Shown one piece after another: positions 11,189 to 21,517 of a stretch of 64,000 nt of DNA (position 1 is its first letter; each line of letters begins with the position of its first letter). The notes under the pieces are model-generated. The model saw only the letters and a program-made list of their open reading frames with translations, was not told where the DNA came from and searched no databases. The stretch spans positions 800,001 to 864,000 of the forward strand of contig CBDAOY010000005.1 of NCBI GenBank assembly GCA_965198225.1. The letters run 5' to 3'. The stretch is from Terriglobia bacterium. GTDB taxonomy: Bacteria; Acidobacteriota; Terriglobia; 20CM-2-55-15. The translations under genes were made by a program, and so were the position numbers.

Positions 11189-12415
11189 ATGAGGACTGGC
11201 GAGAGCCTAACAGCCTCGGAGAGAGTTCAGCGACTCCAGACGGCGCTACATGCGAAAGCGAAGGAAGCTCTGGGCTTCCGGTTCTACTCTCTGAGCGACA
11301 AGGTGTGGCGCGACGACGTGCTCGCAGTCGCCTGGCAGGCCGTGCGCCGCAACGGCGGCGCGGCCGGGGTGGACGGCGAGACGGTCGGAGACATCGAGGC
11401 GCTTGGGGTAGACCGGTGGCTGGGAGCACTGGCGCGGGACCTGAAGGAAGGGACCTATCGGCCGCATGCGGTTCGGCAGGTTCTCATCCGAATGCCGAAG
11501 AAGCAACGAGGGAAGTTCCGGCCGTTGGGCATTCCGTGTCTCCGGGATCGGGTGGTGCAGACGGCGGCGATGCTGGTGTTATCGCCGATCTTCGAAGCCG
11601 ACCTGCAACCGGAGCAGTATGCGTACCGGCCGGGCCGAGACGCGCATGATCGCAGGACGGGCCACCGGCGATCTGGTGTTACGCGCGTGCCATCGGCTGC
11701 TGAGGACGGGCCACCGGGAGGTGGTGGACGCCGCCGCACGAACCGGGCGCGTCACGAGCGGAAGGGGACCCCGCAAGGGTCTCCGATCTCGCCGCTGTTC
11801 AGCAACATCTACATGCGGCGCTTCATTCTGGGCTGGAAGGTGCTGGGCTACGCCCGGCACTTCAAGGCGGAAATCGTCAACTACGCGGATGACTTCGCGG
11901 TTCTCTGTCGCGCGCCGGCAGCGGTAATGCTAGCGGCGGTCGAAGCCCTGATGAAACGTCTGAAGTTGGCGATGAACGTTGAGAAGACCCGCTGCTGCCG
12001 GGTGCCGGAGGAATCGATGACGTTCCTCGGCTACCGGATTGGTTGCAACTACCGGCCGGACACGGGTACCGCCTACATAGGCACACGTCCGAGCCGGGAA
12101 AGCGTCCAGAGCATCTGCCGTCGTGTGAGCGAGTTGACCACGCCGCGTCACGCGCTCCTGCCGCCGGAGGTCGTAGTGGGACGCCTCAACCGGTTGCTGA
12201 CCGGTTGGGCGAACTACTTCACCCTGGGACAGGTCAGCCCGGCCTACGAGGCGATTGACCGGCACGCAACTCGGCGGCTGCGCCAGTGGCTCTGCCGTAA
12301 GCACAAGGTGCGGACCGGGAAACACGTGCGCTTCCCGGTCGAGCGGCTCTGGTCCGATTACGGGCTCACGCATCTTGCGCCGCGTACGGCGAGCTTTCCG
12401 TGGGCGAAGGCATGA
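11189..12415 (+). pseudogene. Intron 1 reverse transcriptase/maturase with internal deletion
   Basis: AAGVDG, RPLGIP..DRVVQ, GTPQGSPISPL, NYADD, domain X; the RT3 segment between AYRPGR and GTPQG is largely missing. Confidence 0.85.
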
Positions 12416-12867
12416 TCTCGTCCGAGAGCCGGATGCGGGAAATCTGCATGTCCGGTTCGATGAGCGTTGCGCCTTGCAAGCGCATGAGATCCAGTCGCCT
12501 GAGATGGCGGCCGTGGCAGAGCCTAGCCGGCAGCCACGTACCGAGTCTTGCGTGGTGGTCGGTGACGGACACTGCGAAGCGTAGACAGGGAGGGAGTAGG
12601 CCGGAACACCAGTGAACGGAAAGATAGCCCCGAAATCGAACGTGGTTGAAGTAGCCGACCCTGTCGCTCTAGGGGGAAGGCGGAATCGCAGGGCACGCAA
12701 TGGCAAGTGCCCTGGGGTGCTTCCGGGGTTCGTACCGCCGGCATGCAACCAAGGATTTCATGGGAACAAGGGAGATCCGTCAGGTTCAAGCGGAGCTTGT
12801 AGGGTTGGACAAGCCAACAACGCGAGGAAGACCCGAAGGCCTGTCGGAAGTCAGACTGGCTGATAGT

Positions 12868-13771
12868 GCGTGCCTGGCAGCACGCGTTTCCGGCGGGTTA
12901 AAGTCCCGCTCGGCCCGAGGCCACGGGTCGATATCCAACAAGTGGGGGTAATGCCTCACTGGCCGAAGTGTAGACAGGTAGTGCAGATGCCTAAACGGGC
13001 ACGAAGGCGAAAGCCGGATACGGCCAAGGCAAAGCTGGAGCCAGCTACGGAAACTTTGGAGGGCAGGGCGCCCACCGCGAGGTGGGGTCTGAAGGGCATG
13101 AGGAGAACCACCGGGTCGTAATCGACGGGAGCCATCCCGAGGATGAACCGGTCGGCCAAAGATGGGGAATGGTCGAGCCCGCACTATTGGGGCGAAGGCG
13201 CATTGGTTCCACCCCATCGCACCAAGGTGTGTGCGGGCGACACGGTGGAGAAGAGACGCGAGTGACCCAGGGAGGCCTGGTATCGTCCGAGCGGAAGGTA
13301 AGGTCGAGATGATGTGGCACCCGCAGACGAAAGGGCGGGCAACCGAGAAGACAAACATCGACCTAGAGCCCTGCGCGGTAGGTGCGGATATAAGCGAGAG
13401 CGAAATTCCGGCCGACGCGGTGTCAGGAATCGGATCGGGGAATAGTACTCAGGAACGAGACGGCAAACATAAGGTCTCGGATCGTTGCTTCGAGCAGCGG
13501 CGCTGGCGGGTCCAAAAGGCCCGTTGGAGGGGGAAGTCCCCGTACTCAGTCGTGAATGTGCGAGCGATGGGAAACGCGGAGATATCGTGAACTTGGATAG
13601 TTCCCTTAGCGAAAGACCCAAACGCGGTACGAACGAAGCCGCCACCTGCCGCCACACAGCGAATTCCGAACGAGGAGCAACTGAGGAAAGCGGCTTGCGG
13701 GAAAACCGCACGAGCCGTTTGATTGAGCGGACGGTGGAAGGGCCGATCGGCCCGACCACTTTCGACTCTAC
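12868..13771 (+). ncRNA. ORF-less group II intron 3 (~904 nt)
   Basis: 5' GCGTG; EBS1 loop ACTATT 13183-13188 followed by GAAGG; DV GAAAGCGGCTTGCGGGAAAACCGCACGAGCCGTTT; 3' CTCTAC; no RT ORF. Confidence 0.85.
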
Positions 13772-14096
13772 ACTCAGGAACGAGACGGCAAACATAAGGT
13801 CTCGGATCGTTGCTTCGAGCAGCGGCGCTGGCGGGTCCAAAAGGCCCGTTGGAGGGGGAAGTCCCCGTACTCAGTCGTGAATGTGCGAGCGATGGGAAAC
13901 GCGGAGATATCGTGAACTTGGATAGTTCCCTTAGCGAAAGACCCAAACGCGGTACGAACGAAGCCGCCACCTGCCGCCACACAGCGAATTCCGAACGAGG
14001 AGCAACTGAGGAAAGCGGCTTGCGGGAAAACCGCACGAGCCGTTTGATTGAGCGGACGGTGGAAGGGCCGATCGGCCCGACCACTTTCGACTCTAC
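13447..14096 (+). repeat. Tandem direct repeat of the 325-bp DIII-DVI half of intron 3
   Basis: 13447-13771 and 13772-14096 appear identical by eye (ACTCAGGAACGAG...CGACTCTAC). Confidence 0.92.
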
Positions 14097-14198
14097 ACTC
14101 CGAGGTCGGGAGAGCCGATCACATGGGGAAGCGGCCAGCAGAAGTGGACTCGTTCTTGGGAAACATGAGCTCCATGCAACGGGAGGATACGGTCCTCT

Positions 14199-15545
14199 AT
14201 GCAACGAGAGGAACAACCAGTCATGGAAACGAAACTGGAACGAATAGCGGCGAAAGCTCGGAGTGAGCCAAAGCTCCGGTTCACGTCACTGGCGCATCAT
14301 GTCACCCGAGAGCGTGTGTGGAAGAACCTGTGTCAAGTGCCCCGCAACACGGCTCCCGGATGTGATGGTCAGAGGGTACCGGAGGCGAAGGAGGAATTCG
14401 GAGTCTGGGTGGAGCCAATGCTCCAGTCTGTTCACCAGAAGGGATATCGCGCTCCGCCGATTCGGCGGGTGTATATCCCCAAGCCCGGCAAGCAGGAGAA
14501 ACGTCCCCTGGGCGTGCCCTGTGTTCAAGATCGGGCCCTTCAGCGCAGCGTGGCCGAGGTATTGGTCGCCATCTACGAGCAGGACTTCTTGCCCTGTTCC
14601 TTTGGTGGCCGGCCTGGGCTGGGCGCCCACAATGCACTGGCAACCCTCCATGAGGTGATTTCCGGATGCAAGGTGAGTTGGGTGTTGGAGGCGGACTTGA
14701 AGAACTTTTTCGGGAGTTTAGACCATGGATGGCTACTCCGCTTTGTGGAGCATCGAGTCGGAGATCCGCGGATCATCAGTCTGATACGACGATGGTTAAA
14801 GGCGGGCGTTTTCGAAGACGGGGAATTGCATTCGAACGAAGAGGGAACCCCGCAAGGTGGGTCGATCAGCGTTCTGCTGAGCAATCTGTACCTGCATTAT
14901 GTGCTTGACCTGTGGTTTGACCGGATGGTCCGGCCACGCCTGAAGGGTGAAGCGTATCTGGTGCGGTACATCGACGACTTTGTCGTGTGTTTCCAATATC
15001 GGGACGATGCGCTTCGTTTCCAGAACGTTCTGCGCAAGCGACTGGGAAAGTTTGGACTGGTTCCGGAGCCGACCAAGACGAAGCTCGTCGAATTCGGCCG
15101 CTATGCCCAGCGCGATGTCGTCCGGCGCGGGAGAAAACGTCCAGAGACGATCTATTTTCTGGGCATGACCCTGTACTGTACGCGTAATCGCAAAGGCAAT
15201 TTTAGAGTGGGACTGCGAACAGAGAAGTCTCGACTTCGACGCAGTCTGGCTCATCTACGCGGCGTGATGAGGCGAATGCGTCACTTGCCGGTCCGGGAGC
15301 AAGTGCACAATCTGAACCGAGTCTTGCGCGGGCACTACGCCTACTATGGCATTGCCGGGAACCTCCGGGCTCTGCAGCACGTCGCTCGGGCCGTGGAACG
15401 TTACTGGCGCCAAATGCTCAGCAGTCGTAGTCGTGCAGGCTTCGTCCGGTGGGAAGTATTCAACCGGATTCAGCTGCACTTTCCGTTACAGCGTCCCAAG
15501 TTGGCTCTCCGCTATCGGGAGTTCCAGTCTCTCGCTGTGCTGTAA
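14199..15545 (+). CDS. Intron 2 reverse transcriptase/maturase (no endonuclease domain)
   Basis: RPLGVP..DRALQ, LEADLKNFF, GTPQGGSIS, RYIDDF, domain X (LRGHYAYYG). Confidence 0.93.
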   Translation: MQREEQPVMETKLERIAAKARSEPKLRFTSLAHHVTRERVWKNLCQVPRNTAPGCDGQRVPEAKEEFGVWVEPMLQSVHQKGYRAPPIRRVYIPKPGKQEKRPLGVPCVQDRALQRSVAEVLVAIYEQDFLPCSFGGRPGLGAHNALATLHEVISGCKVSWVLEADLKNFFGSLDHGWLLRFVEHRVGDPRIISLIRRWLKAGVFEDGELHSNEEGTPQGGSISVLLSNLYLHYVLDLWFDRMVRPRLKGEAYLVRYIDDFVVCFQYRDDALRFQNVLRKRLGKFGLVPEPTKTKLVEFGRYAQRDVVRRGRKRPETIYFLGMTLYCTRNRKGNFRVGLRTEKSRLRRSLAHLRGVMRRMRHLPVREQVHNLNRVLRGHYAYYGIAGNLRALQHVARAVERYWRQMLSSRSRAGFVRWEVFNRIQLHFPLQRPKLALRYREFQSLAVL

Positions 15546-15631
15546 ATCCAATTCTGAAGAGCGCAGTGCGGGAAATCCGCACGCTGCGTTCTGTGGGAGC
15601 CGGAGGCGGGCAACTGCCTCCGGCCACCCGG

Positions 15632-17038
15632 GCGGATTCGGGCGCCGATTTTGAGAAGCTTCAGACGGATGGTCCCGCACTGGGCATGGGCCATCGCGGT
15701 ATCTTTGAGCCCGAGGCGTCGCAGGGCATGCATGAGCATGTACGCAGCTGAGGAGAGATAGAGCCGGAGCTGATTGGCGCGCATGGTCGCCGCGCTGGTC
15801 CGGTCCGCAAATAGGTCCAACTGCTGTTCCTTGATACGGTTCTCCATGTCGCCCCGCGCGCAGTAGAAGTCCTCATACAAAGCGCGGGCTTGGAAGCGTT
15901 CCGGCGGCAGGGAGGTCACGATGAATCGGGGATTGGCGCCCTTGTCCAGGAACTCCGCCTTGCCGACGACGCGTCGCGCGCGGGTCCAGCTGTTTAGAGT
16001 CCGGTACTGGAAATCCTTAAACACCCGCGCCGGTTTCCCGGTGGCGTTAAACTCCGCTTCCGCCTGAACCATTTCTTCAGCGATTTCTTGCTTGAGACGA
16101 CTGTTCTTGGCCAACCCGATCACATAATCGACCGGATGGGATTCACACCAGGCGAGCAGTTCATCCCTGCAAAAGCCCGAGTCGGCCCGGATGATGATCG
16201 ATACTGTGGGCCACACCTGTCGGATCTGACCGACGATGCGCTCTAACTCATCCACCGCTCCGTCGGCCCCGTCAATGTTGGAACGCCGGAGCCGGGCGCA
16301 CAGCAGATGTTCTCCCGAGAAGATGTACAACGGCAGGTAGCAGTAGTTGCCGTAGTAGCCGTGAAAGAACCGTCCTTCCTGGTTGCCATGGATCGTATCG
16401 TCGGTGGCATCCAGGTCCAGAACGATCTCAGAGGGCTCCGATTCGTGGGCCGCGATAAACGCGTCGACCATCCACCGGTCGATCTTGTCGCCATCCATGG
16501 CGATCTTCTTGTACCGCTCCTGGCCATCGACCTGCTCTGCGGTCAGTTCCAACCGGTTCAGCGTGCACTTGCCTGCCAACGCCTTTCCCCGGTCTCCGGC
16601 CTGCCGCCGGTTTTTTCCCAGTGGATCGGCCTTCTCCACCGCCACGGCCAGCATCGGATCGGTCCGTAGCTGGTCGTGGTCGTTCAGGTCCTCATAGCCC
16701 AAGCACAGTCCATAAATCCGCTGGCCCAACAACTCCTTCACGCTGTGTTCGATCAACCTCGGGTCCCGGTGATCGGTAAAACACTGCTCCAGTCCGGCGA
16801 TCAAACCCGTCCGCTTCTCGACTTCCCTCAACAGCAGAACACCCGCGTCGGAGGTGATCTTTCCGCCGTCGAATCGCGCCTTCACTTTCCGTTGAAAAAG
16901 TCCGTGAAATTCGAACGTGGCTTGCTTACACTCTGTTCTCATAAGGGCCGTCTCCGTTTGGGTTTTTAAACGTTTCTCGTCAAACGCTTTATGCCAAACA
17001 GGGCGGCCTTTTCTGGTCCTATCCGTGAAATATAGGGG
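15632..17038 (-). mobile_element. IS1380-family element, transposase 15632-16942 truncated at C-terminus
   Basis: FDGGKITSDAG, LGYEDLNDHD, IVLDLDATDD, IRADSGF, YCARGDMENRIKE; one terminus near 17038, the other replaced by intron 2 3' end. Confidence 0.9.
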
Positions 17039-18769
17039 CTAGCCGGCAGCCACGTACCGAGTCTTGCGTGGTGGTCGGTGACGGACACTGCGAAGCGTAG
17101 ACAGGGAGGGAGTAGGCCGGAACACCAGTGAACGGAAAGATAGCCCCGAAATCGAACGTGGTTGAAGTAGCCGACCCTGTCGCTCTAGGGGGAAGGCGGA
17201 CACTCCGAGGTCGGGAGAGCCGATCACATGGGGAAGCGGCCAGCAGAAGTCGACTTCGGATCTTGGGACTCCCGAGCTCAATGCATTCCGGGACACGGGT
17301 CTATGCAACGAGTCGGCTACAACGTCCAGATCGCTGAAACGACACTGAGCACGAACCTGATCGCCGAACAGCAGGTCGGAGTGAGCCAAGGTCTCCGGTT
17401 CTCGGTCACTGCTCGCATCATGTCACGGCGACAGCGGTCGTGGAAGAACCTGTGGCAAGTGCGACGCAGATCGACGGTCGCGGATGTGATGGCTCTACAA
17501 GTATCGAAGACGATTGAGGACTTCGAAGCCGCCGTGGAGCCAATGCTCCTAGTCTGTTCCAGAAGCCCGATATCGGCGCACGGCCAGATTCGGCGGGTGT
17601 ATATCCCCAAGCCCGGCAAGCAGGAGAAACGTCCCCTGGGCGTGCCCTGTGTTCAGCGATCGGGCCCTTCATCGCGCAGCGTGGCCGAGGTATTGGTCGC
17701 GCATCTACGAGCACGTACTTCTTGTCAGTTACTTTGGTGGCCGGCCTGGGCTGGGCGCCCGCAATGCAGAGGCTGCGGTCATGACGCGATTTCCGGATGT
17801 ACCAAGAACACCTATCGGCGCATGGACGCGACTTCGAAGAACTTTTTCGGAAGTTTAGACGATGGATGGCTACTCCGCTTTGTGGAGCATCGAGTCGGAG
17901 ATCCGCGGATCATCAGTCTGATACGACGATGGTTAAAGGCGGGCGTTTTCGAAGACGGGGAATTGCATTCGAACGAAGAGGGAACCCCGCAAGGTGGGTC
18001 GATCAGCGTTCTGCTGAGCAATCTGTACCTGCATTATGTGCTTGACCTGTGGTTTGACCGGATGGTCCGGCCACGCCTGAAGGGTGAAGCGTATCTGGTG
18101 CGGTACATCGACGACTTTGTCGTGTGTTTCCAATATCGGGACGATGCGCTTCGTTTCCAGAACGTTCTGCGCAAGCGACTGGGAAAGTTTGGACTGGTTC
18201 CGGAGCCGACCAAGACGAAGCTCGTCGAATTCGGCCGCTATGCCCAGCGCGATGTCGTCCGGCGCGGGAGAAAACGTCCAGAGACGATCTATTTTCTGGG
18301 CATGACCCTGTACTGTACGCGTAATCGCAAAGGCAATTTTAGAGTGGGACTGCGAACAGAGAAGTCTCGACTTCGACGCAGTCTGGCTCATCTACGCGGC
18401 GTGATGAGGCGAATGCGTCACTTGCCGGTCCGGGAGCAAGTGCACAATCTGAACCGAGTCTTGCGCGGGCACTACGCCTACTATGGCATTGCCGGGAACC
18501 TCCGGGCTCTGCAGCACGTCGCTCGGGCCGTGGAACGTTACTGGCGCCAAATGCTCAGCAGTCGTAGTCGTGCAGGCTTCGTCCGGTGGGAAGTATTCAA
18601 CCGGATTCAGCTGCACTTTCCGTTACAGCGTCCCAAGTTGGCTCTCCGCTATCGGGAGTTCCAGTCTCTCGCTGTGCTGTAAATCCAATTCTGAAGAGCG
18701 CAGTGCGGGAAATCCGCACGCTGCGTTCTGTGGGAGCCGGAGGCGGGCAACTGCCTCCGGCCACCCGGT
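17039..18769 (+). pseudogene. Second, 5'-truncated copy of intron 2 with deletion and chimeric segment
   Basis: 17039-17200 matches 12523-12685; 17860-18769 matches the 3' part of the first copy; ends ACCCGGT. Confidence 0.85.
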
Positions 18770-18878
18770 GCGACTGGAAACGAAGCCACGGCGAGGAGTG
18801 AGGCACCGGAATCGGCGAAAGCCACCGGCAACAGCTACCCCCTTTGCCTACCGCCACCGCGCCAGTCGTCGACTCTAC

Positions 18879-18899
18879 CCCCCTGCCGGACTCGACCCC
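18879..18899 (-). repeat. Outer 21 bp of the Tn3-family IR split by intron 1
   Basis: CCCCCTGCCGGACTCGACCCC immediately after the intron 3' end. Confidence 0.8.
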
Positions 18900-19037
18900 T
18901 TCCTACATCGAGGTGGAGCAGCCCCACAATAGCTTCAACGAGTTCGCCTGCGGCGCACTTGGAAAACCGCATCAGATTTTCTGGTTCCCCTCAGTTTCCA
19001 GCTGGAAGCTCAAGCCGCCGGGGGGGGAGCAACGCTG

Positions 19038-19391
19038 TTAATCCAGGAGCGTCGTCTGTTTCTTGGCCGCTGGCTGCGCATAGGTCAGTCCGAAGACGTT
19101 ATCCGTCAGCCATCGCCGGAATTCCTCGTTGTCTGTGAACTGCTTGAAGAGCTGCATGTCGTCGTTGAGCACGGCGGTCATCACGCGCCTCAGAGCTTCG
19201 TCATGTTCGATCCGGGCGTTCTGCCTGTCGGAGTTTTCCCTGGCGTTGCGGTAGGCAGTGTCCTCAGCAACCTTGGCCGGAATCTCCTCCGTAATGAGGC
19301 GGCGGACGCGGTCCTCGTCTTCCCAGGAGATATCCCTGAACTGGTCGTTGAAGGCCTTGAGGATGCTCGAGAGACGGTCGAGTTCAGGTTC
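19038..19391 (-). pseudogene. hsdR: Type I restriction endonuclease R subunit, C-terminal fragment
   Basis: Manual translation EPELDRLSSILKAFNDQF..NSDRQNARIEHDEAL..QLFKQFTDNEEFRRWLTD. Confidence 0.7.
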
Positions 19392-19394
19392 CGA

Positions 19395-20660
19395 TCGCGG
19401 CGAACACGCATCCGGATCACGACACGATCGCGGCGTTTCGGAAGCGGTTTCTGAAGCAGTTGAAGCCGTTGTTCGTGCAGATTCTTCTGCTGGCGCGGAC
19501 GATGGGATTTTTGAAGCTGGGGAAGATCAGTCTGGATGGGAGCAAGGTCGAGGCGAATGCATCGAAACATAGCGCGTTGAGCTGGGGGCACGCGACGGAG
19601 TTGGAAGAAGAGTTGAAGGCCGAAGTCGCGCGCCTGATGGAGTTGGCGGCGGCGGCCGACGCGGAAGTGCCGGAGGGAATCGACATCCCGGCCGAACTGA
19701 AGCGGCGCGAGGACCGGCTGAAAGCGATCGCCGAGGCGAAAGCGAAGATCGAGGCGCGCGCTGCGGAACGCCATGCGGCCGAGCAGGCCGAGTAGGAGGC
19801 CAAGATGGCCCAACGCAAGGCCCGGGCCAAAGCGACCGGGAAACGGCCGGGAGGCAAGCCGCCGCAACCGCCCCAATCGGGCGTGCGCCCGAACGACCAG
19901 ATCAATCTGACCGACGAGGAATCGCGCATCATGCCGGCGGGCGGGAAGAGTTTCCAGCAAGCCTATAACGTGCAGGCGGGGGTCGACACCGAGACCCTGC
20001 TCATCGTCACCGAATCCGTCACAACGCACGCCAACGACAAACAGGAATCGAACCGGCGCTCGGGACTCTCGATGCACTGCCTCAACCGCTGGGAAAGGTC
20101 GAGGCGATACTGGTCGACAATGGCTACTACAGCGAAGGGAACGTGAAGGCGTGCGAAACGGCCGGCGTGATGCCCTACATCGCCATGGGCCGTGAGCGCC
20201 ATCATCCACCGGTGGAACAGCCTTGGACCGAACCGCCACCGCTGTCGCCCGACGCGAACCCGGTCGACGCCATGGCCCATCGGCTATCGACGATCGAGGG
20301 CCGGGCCGTTTACGCTCAGCGCAAATCCACGGTCGAGCCGGTGTTTGGAATCGTCAAATCCGTGCTGGGATTCCGGCAGTTTCACCTCAGGGGACTCGAC
20401 CCGGTATCCGGTGAATGGACGCTGGTCAGCATCGCCTGGAACCTGAAACGCCTGTTCAATCTCTCCGGGCAGGTCTCCTGCCCGACTGATCCCCGCTCCA
20501 GCCGCCCGTCCGGACGCCAAAAACGCGACTCCGGGCTCCTGCGTGGATCTCCGGCGTCCGAATCCGGCTCTCTCTTGCGACGTCTCAGGTCGATGGTCTC
20601 GTCAATGTTCAATCACACGCTCGGAGACGCGCCGTTGCTACGGTCAAGTCCGACAGGCTG
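19395..20660 (+). pseudogene. IS1182-family element, 5'-truncated, with stop and frameshift; relative of 43556-45156
   Basis: HPDHDTIAAFRKRF, ISLDGSKV, QINLTDEESRIM, RKSTVEPVFG; end AAGTCCGACAGGCTG-CTAG. Confidence 0.88.
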
Positions 20661-20754
20661 CTAGGGTAAAGTGTTTACCCAAGCAGGAGGGGTAAGGGGT
20701 AACAGCGGGTTACGAAGCGGGGTCCGACACATGGCGTATCCGTCGGTCGACGCA

Positions 20755-21516
20755 CTACCACTGGGCTGGATCCTGCCTGTAGAAACCTCGAAGTTGGTCG
20801 TAGAGTTCCTGGTGACGTCGACGTAATTCGCGGGGACGTTCGAAGAAGCATTCGGTCGCTACCGCAAAGAACTCCGAAGGGCTCTCGGCTCCGTAAGGGT
20901 CGAGTACACTCGGGCGGCCCAGGTCGGCGGCGTTCTGAAGTTCTCCGTATTCGTGCTCGAATACCCGCACCCATTCTCGCCACTTGTCGCGTCCTTCCAG
21001 AGGCGGGGTGCCGTCCCCCGCGCCGGATTCGTCGTCGAGTTGGTGAGCGAACTCGTGGAATACGACGTTTTCTCCTTCCGCAGGGTCATCCGCACCCCGC
21101 CGGACGTCCTTCCAAGAGAGAACCATGGAGCCCCGGTACCAGGATTCGCCTTCGCGCACTTCTGTGCCTTCTTCGACCAGGTAGTCTCCGTGGTGGCGTT
21201 CGCTTGGCGCTTGGTAGGCGTGCGGGTAAACGAGAATGCTTTCCAGTTGCGGGTAATAGTCGGTATTCCGGTGTAGCAGAAGGACCGAGGCATAGGCGGC
21301 GATCGTGACTCGTATGCGATCGTCGAGCTCCAGACCTCCGCAGCCTTCAAAGCGCTTTTCTTCGAGGAAGATCTGGATGTGCCCTCCCAGCTCGTCGCGA
21401 TCCTCTTCGGGAAGCCGCGAGTAGATCGGGAGCGCTTCAAGCACCGAACTCCAGGCCAAGGGAAACGGACTCGCCCGGATCCTCGCGCGCCGCTTATTTC
21501 GAAACCAGCCGAACAT
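20755..21516 (-). CDS. MtfA/M90-family zinc peptidase
   Basis: FLEEKRFEGCGG, ILVYP, NVVFHEFAHQLD, YGAESPSEFFAVATECFFE. Confidence 0.88.
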   Translation of the reverse strand: MFGWFRNKRRARIRASPFPLAWSSVLEALPIYSRLPEEDRDELGGHIQIFLEEKRFEGCGGLELDDRIRVTIAAYASVLLLHRNTDYYPQLESILVYPHAYQAPSERHHGDYLVEEGTEVREGESWYRGSMVLSWKDVRRGADDPAEGENVVFHEFAHQLDDESGAGDGTPPLEGRDKWREWVRVFEHEYGELQNAADLGRPSVLDPYGAESPSEFFAVATECFFERPRELRRRHQELYDQLRGFYRQDPAQW

Positions 21517-21517
21517 A

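Larger units (their letters stand above)
12467..15631 (+). mobile_element. Group II intron 2, copy with intact IEP (contains intron 3)
   Basis: 5' TTGCG directly after intron-1 GATGAGCG; DV GAGCGCAGTGCGGGAAATCCGCACGCTGCGTTC; DVI ends CCACCCGG. Confidence 0.88.
10698..18878 (+). mobile_element. Group II intron 1 (own sequence 10698-12466 + 18770-18878), host of nested elements
   Basis: 5' GTGCG; DV GAGAGCCGGATGCGGGAAATCTGCATGTCCGGTTC; DVI resumes at 18770 GCGACTGG...CCAGTCGTCGACTCTAC. Confidence 0.9.

Noticed and set aside
12866-12870. Canonical-looking GTGCG as the 5' end of intron 3
   Set aside because: It would delete GT from the host ATAGTAC linker; EBS1 ACTATT and the self-junction both place the boundary two bases later (GCGTG).
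13184-14247. ORFs in both directions across the 325-bp repeat as an intron-3 protein
   Set aside because: No RT or nuclease motifs; they traverse structured RNA domains.
11051-18682. RT genes plus a nearby direct repeat as a DGR, retron or CRISPR-RT system
   Set aside because: The RTs have domain X and are followed by DV/DVI; the 325-bp repeats show no adenine-specific mismatches by eye; no cas, avd or msr-msd features.
17228-18682. 484-aa ORF as a novel RT with a unique N-terminus
   Set aside because: The N-terminus derives from the mosaic IEP/IS1182 segment, a likely consensus artefact.
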